64,000 nucleotides of DNA from Malacoraja senta (GCA_038087875.1 CM075989.1:18788001-18852000), one strand, 5' to 3'; shown: positions 1 through 13,096, counted from the first letter of the stretch. Translations and numbers: made by a program. The notes: generated from the letters alone by a model not told the origin.

Positions 1-1370
1 CATTGGACCCATTATAAAGAGAATGAATAAAATGTGCGCTTTTCCCACAAGTAACATACCAAGTTGGAGACGCCAGATGCTGGAACCTTGAACAAAAAAA
101 ACTAAGCGCTGGAGGAAATATCCTAGACGGGTGAGTTAACATCTCCTAGGACTGGTCTGTACAATGTCTGAGGAAACAGATTTATTTATCCTGTAGAAGG
201 AATGGACAGTCGCCATTTCAGGTCAGGACTCCGCATCAGAGAGCATGGAAGGAGATAGGGAGCATAACGAGGTGAGAGGGCGGAGTTTGAATTGAATTGA
301 ATGGAATACTTTATTGTCACAAGTCACAAGGCACAGTGAAATTCTGTGCTTGCGTACCGTGCCAAGGTATGCAAATAGCCGCCACATCAAGGGCACTTGG
401 ACAAGGTTACAAAGTATCCCGCGCCGGGTCCACACTTTTTCTCCCCCACCCCTCCCCCTCCCTCATGGCGCCCCCCCCCCCCCCCCCCCACGCTGAATCC
501 TCCATTGTTCTTCCCCCCACCGCCCCCTCTCTCATTGTGAGTTGGGGACTGGCAGGTGATGGGTAGAACCAGGTGAGGAGGGGGATGAAGCGCAGGTGAG
601 GGGAGGTGTAAGGGTGGAGTCAGGAGACTGAGGCTGGTAGAGACAGGTAAGGAGAGAGAAAATAAGGGGGGCAGATGGAGGCAAATGATGGAGGGGAGTG
701 TGGACTTAGAGACACAGGCTGGAAGGTGATATGTAGAGACATAAGAGGCTGCAAATGCTGAGTCAGGTAAGTAAGGAACTAGACAAGGGAAGCACGAATC
801 ATTGATTTAGTTTAATTTATTTTATTTTATTATTATCAAGTATACTGCGGTACATTGAAAAGCTTTTGTTTGCGTGCTATCCAGTCAAAGACAAGACCAC
901 ATATGATTACCATCAAGCAGTTCATAGTTCACAAAATCACAAGATAAAGGCTAAACATTTAGTGCATAGATATAACATTGATACAATCATTATACAGTAA
1001 TGATTGCACGGCCCTGACTGAATCCCACACAATGTGTTTAGTGAGTTGACAGATCGGTGTTTGGGAACAGGCGATTGAGTGGAAATAAAACCTCGACTGG
1101 TGGGATAACATCTCCCAGGTCTGCTCTGTGAATTGTCTGAAGAAACAGATTTATTATTCGTTGTACTCTGTTATTGAACGGTGACAGATAATTACATGCT
1201 CAAGATCGGAAAAAACATGATCACGACATCGTTGCTCTCTCAGTCAGTCCACCGGAGCTTACTGTTAAAGAGCTTAAATACATCAGATTTAGTTTAGTTT
1301 AGTTTATTGTCACATGTACCGAGGTACAGTGAAAAGCTTTTGTTGCGTGCTAACCAGTCACCAGATAAGG

Positions 1371-1566
1371 GAAGATAGACACAAAAAGCTGGAGTAACTC
1401 AGCGGGACAGGCAGCATCTCTGGAGAGAAGGAATGGGTGACGTTTCGGGTCGAGACCGTCACCCATTCCTTCTATCCAGAGATGCTGCCTGTCCCGCTGA
1501 GTTACTCCAGCTTTTTGTGTCTATCTTCAGTATAAACCAGTATTTGCAGTTCTTTCCTACACATGG
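1371..1566. mobile_element. Palindromic Penelope terminal-repeat insertion
   Basis: 72-bp inverted arms 1371-1442 / 1457-1528; flanking direct repeat agataaggga (1363-1372, 1567-1576). Confidence 0.85.
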
Positions 1567-1867
1567 AGATAAGGGAGACACAGAAATGAGGTAGACCACC
1601 ATCTTTGAAGAGTTAAAAACGAAGTTAATACTTCACGTGGATGAAACATCCACACTGGCCCTTTCAGACATGAAGAGGAACCTGTTTTGTGAAATTGCTG
1701 TATTCAGTGTTGGTCGGTTCCAGTATACTCTTTTATTTCATTAGCATCAGCATCTTCCAGTTCTAACATTCATTTCTCTTCTCCTACTCTCATTTATATC
1801 CTTTTATTGACACCTCCACAACTCTGATCAGCTATGTTTAACATCCATTAATCACCCTCTCTCTGAC

Positions 1868-2150
1868 GGGCAGCCTAGTGGCGCAGGGGCAGAGCGGCAG
1901 CCTCACAACGCAGGAGACCCGGCTTCCATCCTGAGGTTCTCCCTGTGACTACATGGGTTTCCCCCGGGTGCTCCAGTTTCCCCCCACATCCCAGAGACCT
2001 GCGGGTTTGTAGGTTAATTGGCCACTGTATATTGCCCCGAGTGGATGAGAAATTGGAATAACATAGGATTCGTGTGAACGGGTGATCGATGGTTAGCATG
2101 GACTCCATGGGCCGAAGGGCCTGTTTCCATGCTGTATGACTCTGGCTCTA
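1868..2150 (+). mobile_element. tRNA-derived V-SINE (HE1-like)
   Basis: Box A/B-like head, V-domain (ttctccctgtgac..gggttt..gtgctccagtttc), CR1-derived tail tgggccgaagggcctgtttcc. Confidence 0.8.
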
Positions 2151-2956
2151 TATTAATCATGACATGTCATCCAACAAAGGTGGGTGTTCATGAAGGCTTG
2201 CAAGAGTTGAAGAAAGAGTTAGATGAGGAGGATGACATATCCTGCACTCATCCCGGCAATTGAGAATATCCCTGGAGATAGTTCATGAGCTCATAAATTC
2301 TAGGAGCAGAATTAGGCCATTCGGCCCATCAAGTCTACTCCACCATTCAATCATGGCTGATCTATCTTTCCCTCACAACCCCATTCCCCTGCCTTCGCCC
2401 CATAACCCCTGACACCCATACTAATCAAGAATCTGTCAATCTCCGCCTGAAAAATATCCATTGACTTGGCCTCCACAGTTGTAGGTGGCTATGAGTTCCA
2501 CAGATTCACCACCCTGTGACTAAAGAGATTCCTCCTCACCACCTTTCTAAAGGCACGTCCTTTTATTCTGAGGCTTTGACCTCAGAGGTGGCCAGAGATG
2601 GTGGAAAGACTCTGGAGAACATGATTATGGGATCGTCACCAGAAGATACCCAACTCTTTCCCCAGCTGTTGAACACATAAAACACCTCAGCCCGACTGCT
2701 TATTCTATCTTGTTCTTCTCCTGTTAGTTTTCATTGTGGCGTCAGTGTTGAGCTAACGTGATGAACATGGAAAGTGTTCGTCGCTAAGCAGGACGGTGGC
2801 AATGATGTCAGTAACGGTTATTCGCTTCTGGTTATCATTACCTGAGCCACCTAGCAACATCTAAAAAAAAATTTGACCATATCACGCTTCTGCTCGCCCA
2901 TTCTCTCCTTTCTCTCAAGTTCTACCTTAGCTTCAAGCCACACGACAACAATCAGT

Positions 2957-3091
2957 ACGTTTCGGATCGGGACCCCTCTTCAGAGCATGGGTAGGTGACG
3001 TTTCGGGTCGGGCCCCTTCTTCAGAGCATGGATAGGTGACGTTTCGGGTCGGGCCCCTTCTTCAGAACATGGATAGGTGACATTTCGGGTT
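2957..3091 (-). repeat. 41-nt tandem array of minimal hammerhead motifs (3 cores)
   Basis: Period 41 (tcttcag ends at 2983, 3024, 3065); minus-strand unit CUGAAGAAGGGGCCCGACCCGAAACGUCACCUAUCCAUGCU. Confidence 0.8.
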
Positions 3092-3457
3092 GAAACATTT
3101 AGTAAAACAGCAAGAACGCCACCTGTCCATGTTCTCCAGAGATGCTGCCTGACCCATTGAATTACTCCAGCACTTGATTCAGTTTGCTTCAGGTTGACAC
3201 GCAGCTTTTCCATGTGCTACATAATATTCTCTTTCTGTTGACGTTCTTTATCATTCAGGCGAGACTCCATCATTCTGGCCTGCAGCCGTTCTTATGACCA
3301 TTGGCGATGACACCAAGACAAGGATTAGCCTTTGACCCCTGAGAACAGACATCTAGCATCCCGGGAAATCTGCTCGCAATTGATGTTCATGTCTTCCACT
3401 GAGCGACTGTCCTGTGACATTTGGTGTGTCAAGAGACAAGAGTGTTTTCTTGACATA

Positions 3458-5073
3458 CAGTGGCTTGCAAAGGTTTTCATACCCCTTGAACTTTTCCACA
3501 TTTTGTCACGTTACAACCACAAACGTAAATGTATTTTATTGGGATTTTATGTGATAGACCAACACAAAGTGGTGCATAATTGTGAAGTGGAAGGAAAATG
3601 ATACATGGTTTTCACATTTTTTTACAAATAAAAAACTGAAAAGTGTCGCGTGCAAAAGTATTCATCCCCCTGAGTCAATACTTTGTAGAACCACCTTTCG
3701 CTGCAATTACAGCTGCAAGTCTTTTGGGATATGTCTCTACCAGCTTTGCACATCTAGAGACAGACATTTTTACCCATTCTTCTTTGCAAAATAGCTCAAG
3801 CTCAGTCAGATTGGATGGAGAGCGTCTGTGAACAGCAATTTTCAAGTCTTGCCAGAGATTCTCAATTGGATTTAGGTCTGGACTTTGACTGGGCCATTCT
3901 AACACATGAATATGCTTTGATCTAAACCATTCCATTGTAGCTCTGGCTGTATGTTTAGGGTTGTTGTCCTGCTGGAAGGTGAACCTCTGCCCCAGTCTCA
4001 AGTCTTTTGCAGACTCTAACAGGTTTTCTTCCAAGATTGCCCTGTATTTGGCTCCATCCATCTTCCCATCAACTCTGACCAGCTTCCCTGTCCCTGCTGA
4101 AGAAAAGCATCCCCACAGCATGATGCTGCCACCACCATGTTTCACAGTGGGGATGGTGTTTTCAGGGTGATGTGCAGTGTTAGGTTTCCGCCACACATAG
4201 CGTTTTGCATTTAGGCCAAAAACTTCAATTTTGGTCTCATCTGACCAGAGCACCTTCCTCCACATGTTTGCTGTGTCCCCCACATGGCTTGTGGCAAACT
4301 GCAAACGGGACTTCTTATGGCTTTTTTTCAACAATGGCTTTCTTCTTGCCACTCTTCCATAAAGGCCCGATTTGGGGAGTGCACGACTAATAGTTGTCCT
4401 GTGGACAGATTCTCCCATCTGAGCTGTGGATCTCTGCAGCTCCTCCAGATTTACCATGGGCCTCTTGGCTGCTTCTCTGATCAATGCTCTCCTTGCCCGG
4501 CCTTTCAGTTTAGGTGGACAGCCATGTCTTGATAGGTTTGCAGTTGTGCCATACTCTTTCCATTTTCGGATGATGGATTGAACAGTGCTCCGTGAGATGT
4601 TCAAAGCTTGGGATATTTTTTTATAACCTAACCCTGCCTTAAACTTCTCCACAACTTTATCCCTGACCTATCTGGTGTGTTCCTTGGGCTTCATGATGCT
4701 GTTTGTTCACTAATGTTCTCTAACAAACCTCTGAGGCCTTCACAGAACAGCTGTATTTATACTGGGATTAGATGACACACAAGTGGACTCTATTTACTAA
4801 TTAGGTGACTTCTGAAGGCAATTGGTTGCACTGGATTTTATTTAGGGGTATCAGAGTAAAGGGGGCTGAATACTTTTGCACGCGACACTTTTCAGTTTTT
4901 TATTTGTACAAAAATTTGAAAACCATGTATCATTCTCCTTCCACTTCACAATTATGCACCACTTTGTGTTGGTCTATCACATAAAATCCCAATAAAATAC
5001 ATTTACGTTTGTGGTTGTAACGTGACAAAATGTGGAAAAGTTCAAGGGGTATGAATACTTTTGAAAGCCACTG
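3458..5073 (-). mobile_element. Full-length Tc1/mariner DD34E transposon, IR/DR type, Passport-like (1,616 bp)
   Basis: TA at 3456-3457 and 5074-5075; termini CAGTGGCTT..AAGCCACTG; ~213-bp TIRs (3458-3670 / 4861-5073) with inner and outer direct repeats (tgcaaaagtattca-like); one transposase gene between them. Confidence 0.97.
3675..4694 (-). pseudogene. Tc1 transposase, 339 codons, single premature TAG at codon 9
   Basis: True ATG at 4694 reads MKPKEHTR*VRDKVVEKF.. (stop at 4670-4668). The rest is open, with WSDETK, FQQD and NPIE (34 residues between the second D and E). GRPP has become GCPP and QDNDPKH has become QDNNPKH. Confidence 0.92.
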
Positions 5074-5134
5074 TATGTCCCAAAACGGAACAATGACATT
5101 CTTACTTGCAGCAGCACAACAGACATGTAAACAT

Positions 5135-5782
5135 CTGCAACCGCAAGAGATGCAACACTTGTCCCTTCACCTCCCCCCTCTACTCCATTCAAGGACCCAA
5201 GCATTCGTTCCAGGTGCGACAGAGGTTCACCTTCATCTCCTCCAACCTCATCTATTGCATCCGCTGCTCTAGATGCCAGCTGATCTACATCGGTGAGACC
5301 AAGCGGAGGCTTGGCGATCGTTTCGCCGAACACCTCCGGTCGGTCGGCAATAACCAACCTGACCTCCCGGTGGCTCAGCACTTCAACTCCCCCTCCCATT
5401 CCGTATCTGACCTCTCTGTCCTGGGTCTCCTCCATGGCCACAGCGAGCAACACCGTAAATTGGAGGAAATGCACCTCATATTCCGCTTGGGCAGTCTACA
5501 TCCTGGGGGCTTGAACATTGAATTCTCCCAATTCTGCTAGCCCTTGCTGTCCCCTCCCCTTCATCAGCCCTCTGGTTGTCTCCTCCCCTCCTCCAGCCCT
5601 CGGGCTCCTCCTCCGCCTTTTTCCTTTTTTCCTTTCTTCTCCCCACCCCCTATCAGTCTGAAGAAGGGTTTCGGCCCGAAACGTTACCTATTTCCTTCGC
5701 TCCATAGATGCTGCTGCACCCGCTGAGTTTCTCCAGCATTTTTGTGTACCTTCGATTTTCCAGCATCTGCAGGTCCTTCTTT
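5135..5782 (+). mobile_element. 5'-truncated Penelope-like element: GIY-YIG endonuclease end plus terminal repeat with hammerhead core
   Basis: ORF to 5540 has CxxxxCxxC and NLIYCIRCSRCQLIYIGETKRRLGDRFAEH..VAQHF..GLN (PLE GIY-YIG). 17-bp TSD aacagacatgtaaacat (5118-5134) / aacagatatgtaaacat (5783-5799). Confidence 0.9.
5658..5685 (+). ncRNA. Minimal type I hammerhead ribozyme motif (PLE-associated)
   Basis: CUGAAGA-A-GGGU(UUCG)GCCC-GAAAC-GUU, ~120 nt after the GIY-YIG stop. Confidence 0.7.
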
Positions 5783-6666
5783 AACAGATATGTAAACATA
5801 GTACTTTGTAAAACCCATAATAAACATCAAAAAAGTTCAGCATATCAGTATCTATAAAAAAAAACAGACCAATAAATAAACAATAATATTGCAAAGTCAA
5901 AGATAATATGCTCATAAGTTCTAGGAGCAGAATTGAGCCATTCGGCCCTTCAAGTCTACTCTGACATTCAATAATATCCCAAGTCTATATAGCCGTGTTT
6001 AATAGCCTAAGATAGACGCAAAATGCTGGAGTAACTCAGCGGGACAGGCAGCATCTCTAGAGAGATTGAAGCAACCAGAGATGCTTCCTGTCCCGCTGCA
6101 TTACTCCAGCATTTTGTGTCCATCTTTGGTTTAAACCAGCATCTGCTGTTCTTTCTTACACATGTTTAATAGCCTGATGGCCGTCGGGAAGAAGCTGCCC
6201 CTGAACCTGGACTTTCCAGTCTTGCCAAAGGCAGGAGTGAAACGAGAGCATGGCCAGTCTGGTCCAGGTCTCCGATGATGCTGGCTGCCTTTTTGACACC
6301 AGCAATGATGTCTGTCCTGTATGCTCAGCAAGTTATGCACTGCGATAAGCCATAACTCATTCTTAGGATGTGGTGATTTCTGTCGGTGTTAACAGAACTG
6401 CCATCAGTCATTTCCAACAGCTATCAAACAAGACCTCAGAAATGTCAAATAACCTTTATCTTCCCCTTGACGAGGTGGTTCCTGAGGCATGCTGGCTATA
6501 AATTATTTGCGTATATTTGTTAGTATTTATTTTGCAAGTTCTATTCTTATTGCATCTTTCAGATCTGTCCTCAATACTTCATCCAAACAGTTGTGCCTGC
6601 TGTGTAATGCAGTTGAATCTGGAGCTTTTTTTGTAGAAGAACCTGCAAATGGCAGTGAAATACAGT

Positions 6667-7543
6667 GAGGTTCGCTGATGACACCACTGTTGTGGGACGT
6701 ATCACTGATGGGGATGAGTCAGAGTATAGAAGAGAGATCGAGCAACTGTCCATATGGTGCCAGCACAACAACCTGGCCCTCAACACCAGCAAAACCAAGG
6801 AACTGATTGTGGACTTTGGAAGGAGTAGGATGGGGACCCACAGTCCCGTTTATATCAACGGGTCGATGGTTGAAAGGGTCAAGAGCTTCAAATTCCTGGG
6901 CGTGCACATCTCTGAAGATCTTTCCTGGTCCGAGAACAATGATGCCATTATTAAGAAAGCACATCAGCGCCTCTACTTCCTGAGAAGATTACTGAGAGTC
7001 GGTTTGTCAAGGAGGACTCTCTCTAACTTCTACAGGTGCACAGTAGAGAGCATGCTGACCGGTTGCATCGTGGCTTGGTTCGGCAACTTGAGTGCCCTGG
7101 AGAGGAAAAGACTACAAAAAGTAGTAAACACTGCCCAGTCCATCATCGGCTCTGACCTCCCTACCATCGAGGGGATCTACCACAGTCGCTGCCTCAAAAA
7201 GGCTGGCAGCATCATCAAGGACCCACACCATCCTGGCCACACACTCATCTCCCTACTACCTTCAGGTAGAACGTACAGGAGCCTGAAGACTGCAACGACC
7301 AGGTTCAGGAATAGCTACTTCCCCACAGCCATCAGGCTATTAAACCTGACTCGGACATAACACTGAACTTTACTAGCCAATACTGTTATTTGCACTTCAT
7401 CAGTATATTGACCATTGTGTATATATTTATAGAATGCCTTGTAGTAAATGCCTACTATGTTCTGTTGTGCTCAAGCAAAGCAAGAATTTCATTGTCCTAC
7501 CAGGGACACATGACAATAAACTCACTTGACACTTGACTTGACT
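6667..7543 (+). mobile_element. 5'-truncated Rex1/Babar-type LINE (RT C-terminus, 3'UTR, tail)
   Basis: Open frame FADDTTVVG..NNLALNTSKTKELIVDF..KKAHQRLYFLRRL..RFRNSYFPTAIRLLN to 7360; AATAAA then (ACTTG)n tail; 11-bp TSD tgaaatacagt (6656-6666 / 7544-7554). Confidence 0.9.
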
Positions 7544-8039
7544 TGAAATACAGTACCAGCAAAGCGAACATGTTAGTAATTGTACCTGAAGTAACAGGAT
7601 CGATGGATACAATAGCCCAGTTGTTATGGTATTATATTTGCCCTCCTGAGATCAATTCCTAGTGTAGCAAAACTGAGCTAATAACACTTGACAATTTTTG
7701 GACATGACGATAAATGCTTCAGAAATCCAACTGGCTCAAGAGTCTAATTGATGTTGAGTTCCCTCCTTTTTCATTTTCCTCGTGGTATAACCCTCCCCTG
7801 GGCACCACGGCAAATGCTGACAAATCGTGCCAAACTATTTTTAGTTTGCCTTAGAGACGGAAAAGTTTCTGCCCTTTCATTGAACCTCCCGTGCTCTGGC
7901 TGTAGTCATTCAGTGGGGCAGAAAGAACCATCAGGTGACAAATCACCAGAGCGCCTCAGATGTCCGTGGCAGAGAGCAACTTCTAATAAATTGAACTGAC
8001 AGGAACCTGAGCACGATGGGCTCAATATTAATAGCAGAT

Positions 8040-8302
8040 GTTTAGTTTCTTTCCGTTTAGTTTAGATCTACAGCACGGAAATAGGCCCCTCAGCCCACCA
8101 GCGATCCCCGCACATCAACATTATCCTACACACACGAGGGACAATCCACACTTGTACGTCTTTGGAGTGTGGGAGGAACCTGAAGATCTGGAAGAAAACT
8201 CACACGGTCACGGGGAGAACGTACAAACTCCGTACAGACAGCGGGTCTCCGGCGCTGCAGGTGCTGTAAGGCAGCAACTCTACCGCTGCGCCACCGTGCC
8301 GC
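8040..8302 (-). mobile_element. tRNA-derived V-SINE (HE1-like)
   Basis: Same consensus on the minus strand with (AACTA)n-like tail. Confidence 0.82.
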
Positions 8303-11300
8303 ACCATATGTGTTGTGCCTCAGATGTAGCAATGATGTAATACTGCAGTAAAACTCCAAAATCTCTATTACATTGGAATGAGAAACACTGAACCTGTCAT
8401 CAAAACACTCAGCAGTCACAGAGTCATACTGCATGGAAGTAGGCCCTTCTGCCCAACCTGTCCATGCCAGGCCAAGGTGCCCCATCTCCACTAGACCCAC
8501 CTGCCCGCATTTATCCCCTATCCCTCTAAACCTCTCTCAGTCTGGGAGCAGGTCATGGTGTCATCGAGTTTTACAGCAACACTGCACGGAACACACCCTT
8601 TGGCTCAACTTACCCAATGCCCCGTCTACACGTCCCACCTGCCGCATTTTGCCCATATCCCTCTAATGTACCTGCCTCAATCACCTCCTCTGCCAGCTCA
8701 GTCCATCACTGTGAAAAAGCTATCCCTCAGGTTCATATTCAATCTTTCCCCGCTCAGCTTAAACATGTCCCCTGGTTCTTGATTCCCCTACTCTGGGTAA
8801 AAGACTCTGTGCATTTACCCTATCTATTCCCCTCATTATTTTATACACCTTTATAAGGCCACCCCTCATCCTTCTGCACTCCAAGGAATAAAGTCTTCCC
8901 AATAAGCTAATACTTACCAATCGCACTGTGGCAACAGGATTAAGACAATTTTACAAATATATAAACAGCTCCTTCCCTGCAGTTGTCAGACTATTGATGA
9001 GTCCTCACATAAGCAAGAGTGTAGTCCTGATCTTCCAACCTACCTCTTTGTGGACGTTGCACTTGTTCACTGTAACTGTAGCGCTACAATTTTGTTACAC
9101 TATATTCTGCACTCTGGTATTTTTCTCTTTACACTATGAGGAATGCACCGTCTTTTATCCAGAATAGGGCGATCTAGAACCAAAGAACATTGGTTTAAAA
9201 TGAGAGGGTAAAGATATAATGGGAACCTGAGAGGCAACTCTTTTCACTCAGATGATAGTGGGTGTGTATGGAACGGGCTGCCAAAGGAGGTAGATGAGAC
9301 AGGTGCAATAACACCTACCTGGACAGGTACTGTACATGGATGGGAATGGTTTAGAGTGCTATGGGCCACATGCAGGCAAATGCGACTAGCTTAGATGGGC
9401 ATCTTGGTTGGCATGGACAGGTTGGGCCGAAGGGCCTATTTCGGTGCTGTAACACTCTATGACTCCACTTGTGGTACTGTGCATGGCTTGACTCTCCTCA
9501 TGTATAGTATGGTCTGACTGCAGAGCAGAAACTTTTCACTGTGTCTCGGTACAAGTGACAATAATAAAGCAATACCAGCAGTAATGGACATTAGAAATGT
9601 ATGCTTCCCCCACTGTGGTACCAAACTCTCCGCACAGAACTAGCTCTCTGAACGCACTTCATGAAACTTTCCGTAGAATACCAGCAATCATTCAGTGGGC
9701 TTTGTGTCAGATGGGACCGCGCGAGGCAGCTGCCTTATCTCACATGGTTGCCAATAAATCATTCTGACATGGCTGACCCCATTTCCTCACCTGAAAGGCA
9801 ATGATTGATAAAGGCTTTCTTTCTTCACTCTCACCCCTCCCCAGCTCCAGAGAACGCTGACAGATTCCCTGAAGAGATAGCATGCACCACGAAACAAACA
9901 CCACAGGGAGGTTACATCCAGCATGTACGTCCTGCTTCCCTTCATAGTGCTTGTTTCAATAATGTCTGCACGCATTTGTACTTTCTTTTTAACGTGGAAC
10001 ACAGCACAGTACAGCACAGGAACAGGCCCTTCAGCCCACAATGTCTGTGCCTAACATGATACCAGGTTAAACTAGTCTCCTCTGTCTGCACATGATCCCT
10101 ACCCCTCCATTCCCTGCATATCCTTGTGCTGTCTAAAAACCTCTTAAATGTCACTTCCATTACTGCTTCCACCACCAACTGTCTGCAGTGCGTTCTAGAC
10201 ACTGTGTAAAAAACATGCCCCGCTCATCTCAATTAAACTTCGCCCCTCTCACCTAAAATAAAACGGTCTCTGGTGTTTAATATTTACATCATGGAAAAAG
10301 GTTCTGGCTGTCTACCCTATCTATGCATCTCGTAATTATATATGTTTCTGTCAGGTCTCCCATCAACCTCTGCCATTCCAGAAAAAGCAATCCATGTTTG
10401 CCCAGCCTTTCCCTGGAGCTAATCCCCCATAATCCAGGCATTGTGCTGGTAAACCATCTCTGCATCCTTTCCAAAGCCTTCCTGTAATGGGGCAACCAGA
10501 ACTGCACCCAATACTCCACAACTCTGTAGCCATGTTATGAATAAAAAGATCGACTACAAAATGCCGGAGTAACTCAGCGGGACAGGCAGCATCTCTGGAG
10601 AGAAGGAATGGGTGACATTTCGGGGTCGAAGTCCTTCTTCAGACTCAACCCGAAACGTCGCCCATTCCTTCTCTCCAGAGATGCTGCCTGTCCCGCTGGG
10701 TTACACCGGCATTTTGTGTCTATCTTCGGTGTAAATCAGCATCTGCAATTCCTTTCTACACTTAACAATCTAAAAGATTGATGTCAGAATCTGCGATGAT
10801 AAAACCATCAGATTATTTTGAAAACCCATCTGATTAACCATTCACAAAAGACAACCTGCAGTTCTCTCATGACCTTGAACCCAGTTGCACCTCACTCATA
10901 AACCCCCCTTCAGTTCATGGGCAAAAAATGGATGGATGATAAATGTCAGCCTTGCCAGCAGTGCACATGTACAAATCTGAGATCTCTCTGCATCCATCTC
11001 ACTGGATCTATCTGATCTCAGCCCCTTTAGCTGCTAGGATTTCAATCTAATTGTTCTGCATATCTCAATGATTTTAATGCTTAATCAGTTGTTAATGTCC
11101 TTGTTCTGACCCTACTTTCAGGAACTCTAATATATTACTAGATGTACTTTGCTACTAGATTTTATTCCTTCACTGGACTGATCAGTGAAGAGCCACTTTT
11201 CTCCAGTACAAAAGGGAGCAAAAGAAATGAAATGGACATCAAAATTAGATCTGCAGTTTCCATTTTACTGCTCCACCGTGAAATCTCCTCAAGGTATGTT

Positions 11301-12529
11301 GACTTTGAAGAAGTTCTCCTCCTCTCGGGTGCCAGGCGTTATGGGGAGAAGGCAGGAGAAAGGGGTTGAGAGGGGAAGATAGATCAGCCATGATTGAATG
11401 GCAGAGTAGACTTGATGGGCTGAATGTTCTAATTCTGCGCCTATCATTTACGAACTCTCACCGCTGGGAGTTCTGTGAGTCCTTCTCTTACTGCTCCCTC
11501 TCTGTGATCCCTGCTCTTCAACCATGTTCTTACCCGGCTTCACTACAACAGCCGAATGTGAAGAAGGGTCCTGACCCGAAACGTCATCTGTCACATTCCC
11601 TATGTTGCCTCTCGGGTTCCTATTAAATCTATCCCTCCTCACCTTAAACCTATCTCCTCTGGTCCTCGACTCCCCTATTCTGGGTAAAAGACTGTGCATT
11701 ATTCCTCTCGTGATCTTGTGCATCCCTATAAGATCACCCTTCATCCTCCTGCACTCCAAGGATTAAAGTCCTAGCCTGCTCAACCACCCCCTATAGCTCA
11801 GGAACCCCGAACATCACTAGTAAACATCCCGAGGTATCACTGCACCAGGCACAGCTCAATGCCACTTTATGAGGTACAGACTGGCTATAGTTGCTGCTCA
11901 CCATTCGCAGTAAGAACAGGTAAACAGTCACAGTTCAGGCGTGGATGAATTACTCATCACAATCTCATCACCCTTTATAAGAAGCTTTCAACCTAATCCC
12001 TGAAATGCTTGATTCTAATCCACAAAATAATATATGAGGTTCAGTATAACTTGTTGTGCCGAATATAATTTATATAATTTTCTCAATGCTAATCTTCCCG
12101 CATTTTTCACTTTGTATATTAATTCTCGCCACTCTGTTTTTTTGGATCGGATATCTCTCAAATCCGTATATATTTGCCAGCATTAAACATTCCTTTGTTT
12201 CAAAGTAAAGGTGAACAAGTTCTCTGAAAGTGGTGATGCGGGTACAGAGGTGATCAAGAACAATTTGTTGAAAAGTTAGAAACAGCTCTTGTAGATTCCT
12301 AGAGTCGTACAGCACAAAAGTAGGCCTTTCAGCCCAATTTGCCCGTGCCAGCCAAGATGCTCTATCTACTCTAGTCTCACCTCCCCGTAATTGGCTCATT
12401 CCCTCTAAACCTTCCCTTACCTGTCCAAATGTGTTTTAAATGTTGTTATAGTTCTTGCCTCAACATCCTCCTCTGGCAGCTCATTCCATACACCCTCCAC
12501 AATGAGCGTGAAAAGGTTGCCCCTTGGGT

Positions 12530-13096
12530 TCCTGAGGAAGCACAATCTGCCACAGGCAATGATGGTCCAATTCTACACGGCCATCGTGGAGTCTGTTCTC
12601 ACCTTCTCCATCATGGTCTGGTTTGGCTCAGCCACCAAGCACGGCACCTGGAGGCTGCAGCGAATCGTCCGATCAGCAAAGAAGGTTATTGGCTGCAACC
12701 TTCCCTCCATTGATGAACTGTACACTGCAAGGGCCAGGAAGCGAGCGGGCAAGATCATCTCTGACCCCTCTCACCCTGGCCACAAACTCTTTGAATCACT
12801 TCCCTCTGGAAGGCGACTCCGAAGCTGCCACAGCCAGACATAAAAACAGCTTTTATCCACGAGTAGTTGCTCTACTCAACAGCCAAAAATCTGTAGCCTC
12901 CCTTTGATCTGGTATTTTGTTGGTTCACAAGCTTGATCAATGGTGTTTTATCATTAATGTTTTATTATTATTAATGTTCAGTGTTTTAGTGAGTCATTCG
13001 TAACTGTCATTGTATGTCATGTTGTTACTTGTGGGCAGAGCACCAACGCAAATTCCTTGTATGTGAATACTTGGCCAATAAACTTACTTACTTACT
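12530..13096 (+). mobile_element. Second Rex1/Babar-type LINE 3' fragment nested in a CR1 fragment
   Basis: FYTAIVESVLTFSIMVWFG..RARKRAGKIISDPSHPGHKLFESLPSGRR; AATAAA and (CTTA)n tail; interrupts the CR1 motif ggttcct|attaaatctttccc. Confidence 0.8.

Noticed and set aside
2957..3091. CRISPR-like array
   Set aside because: Contiguous tandem units without unique spacers, eukaryotic context, no cas genes.
3675..4652. 325-aa transposase as a functional CDS
   Set aside because: It starts at an internal GTG; the real ATG (4694) is followed by a stop at codon 9.
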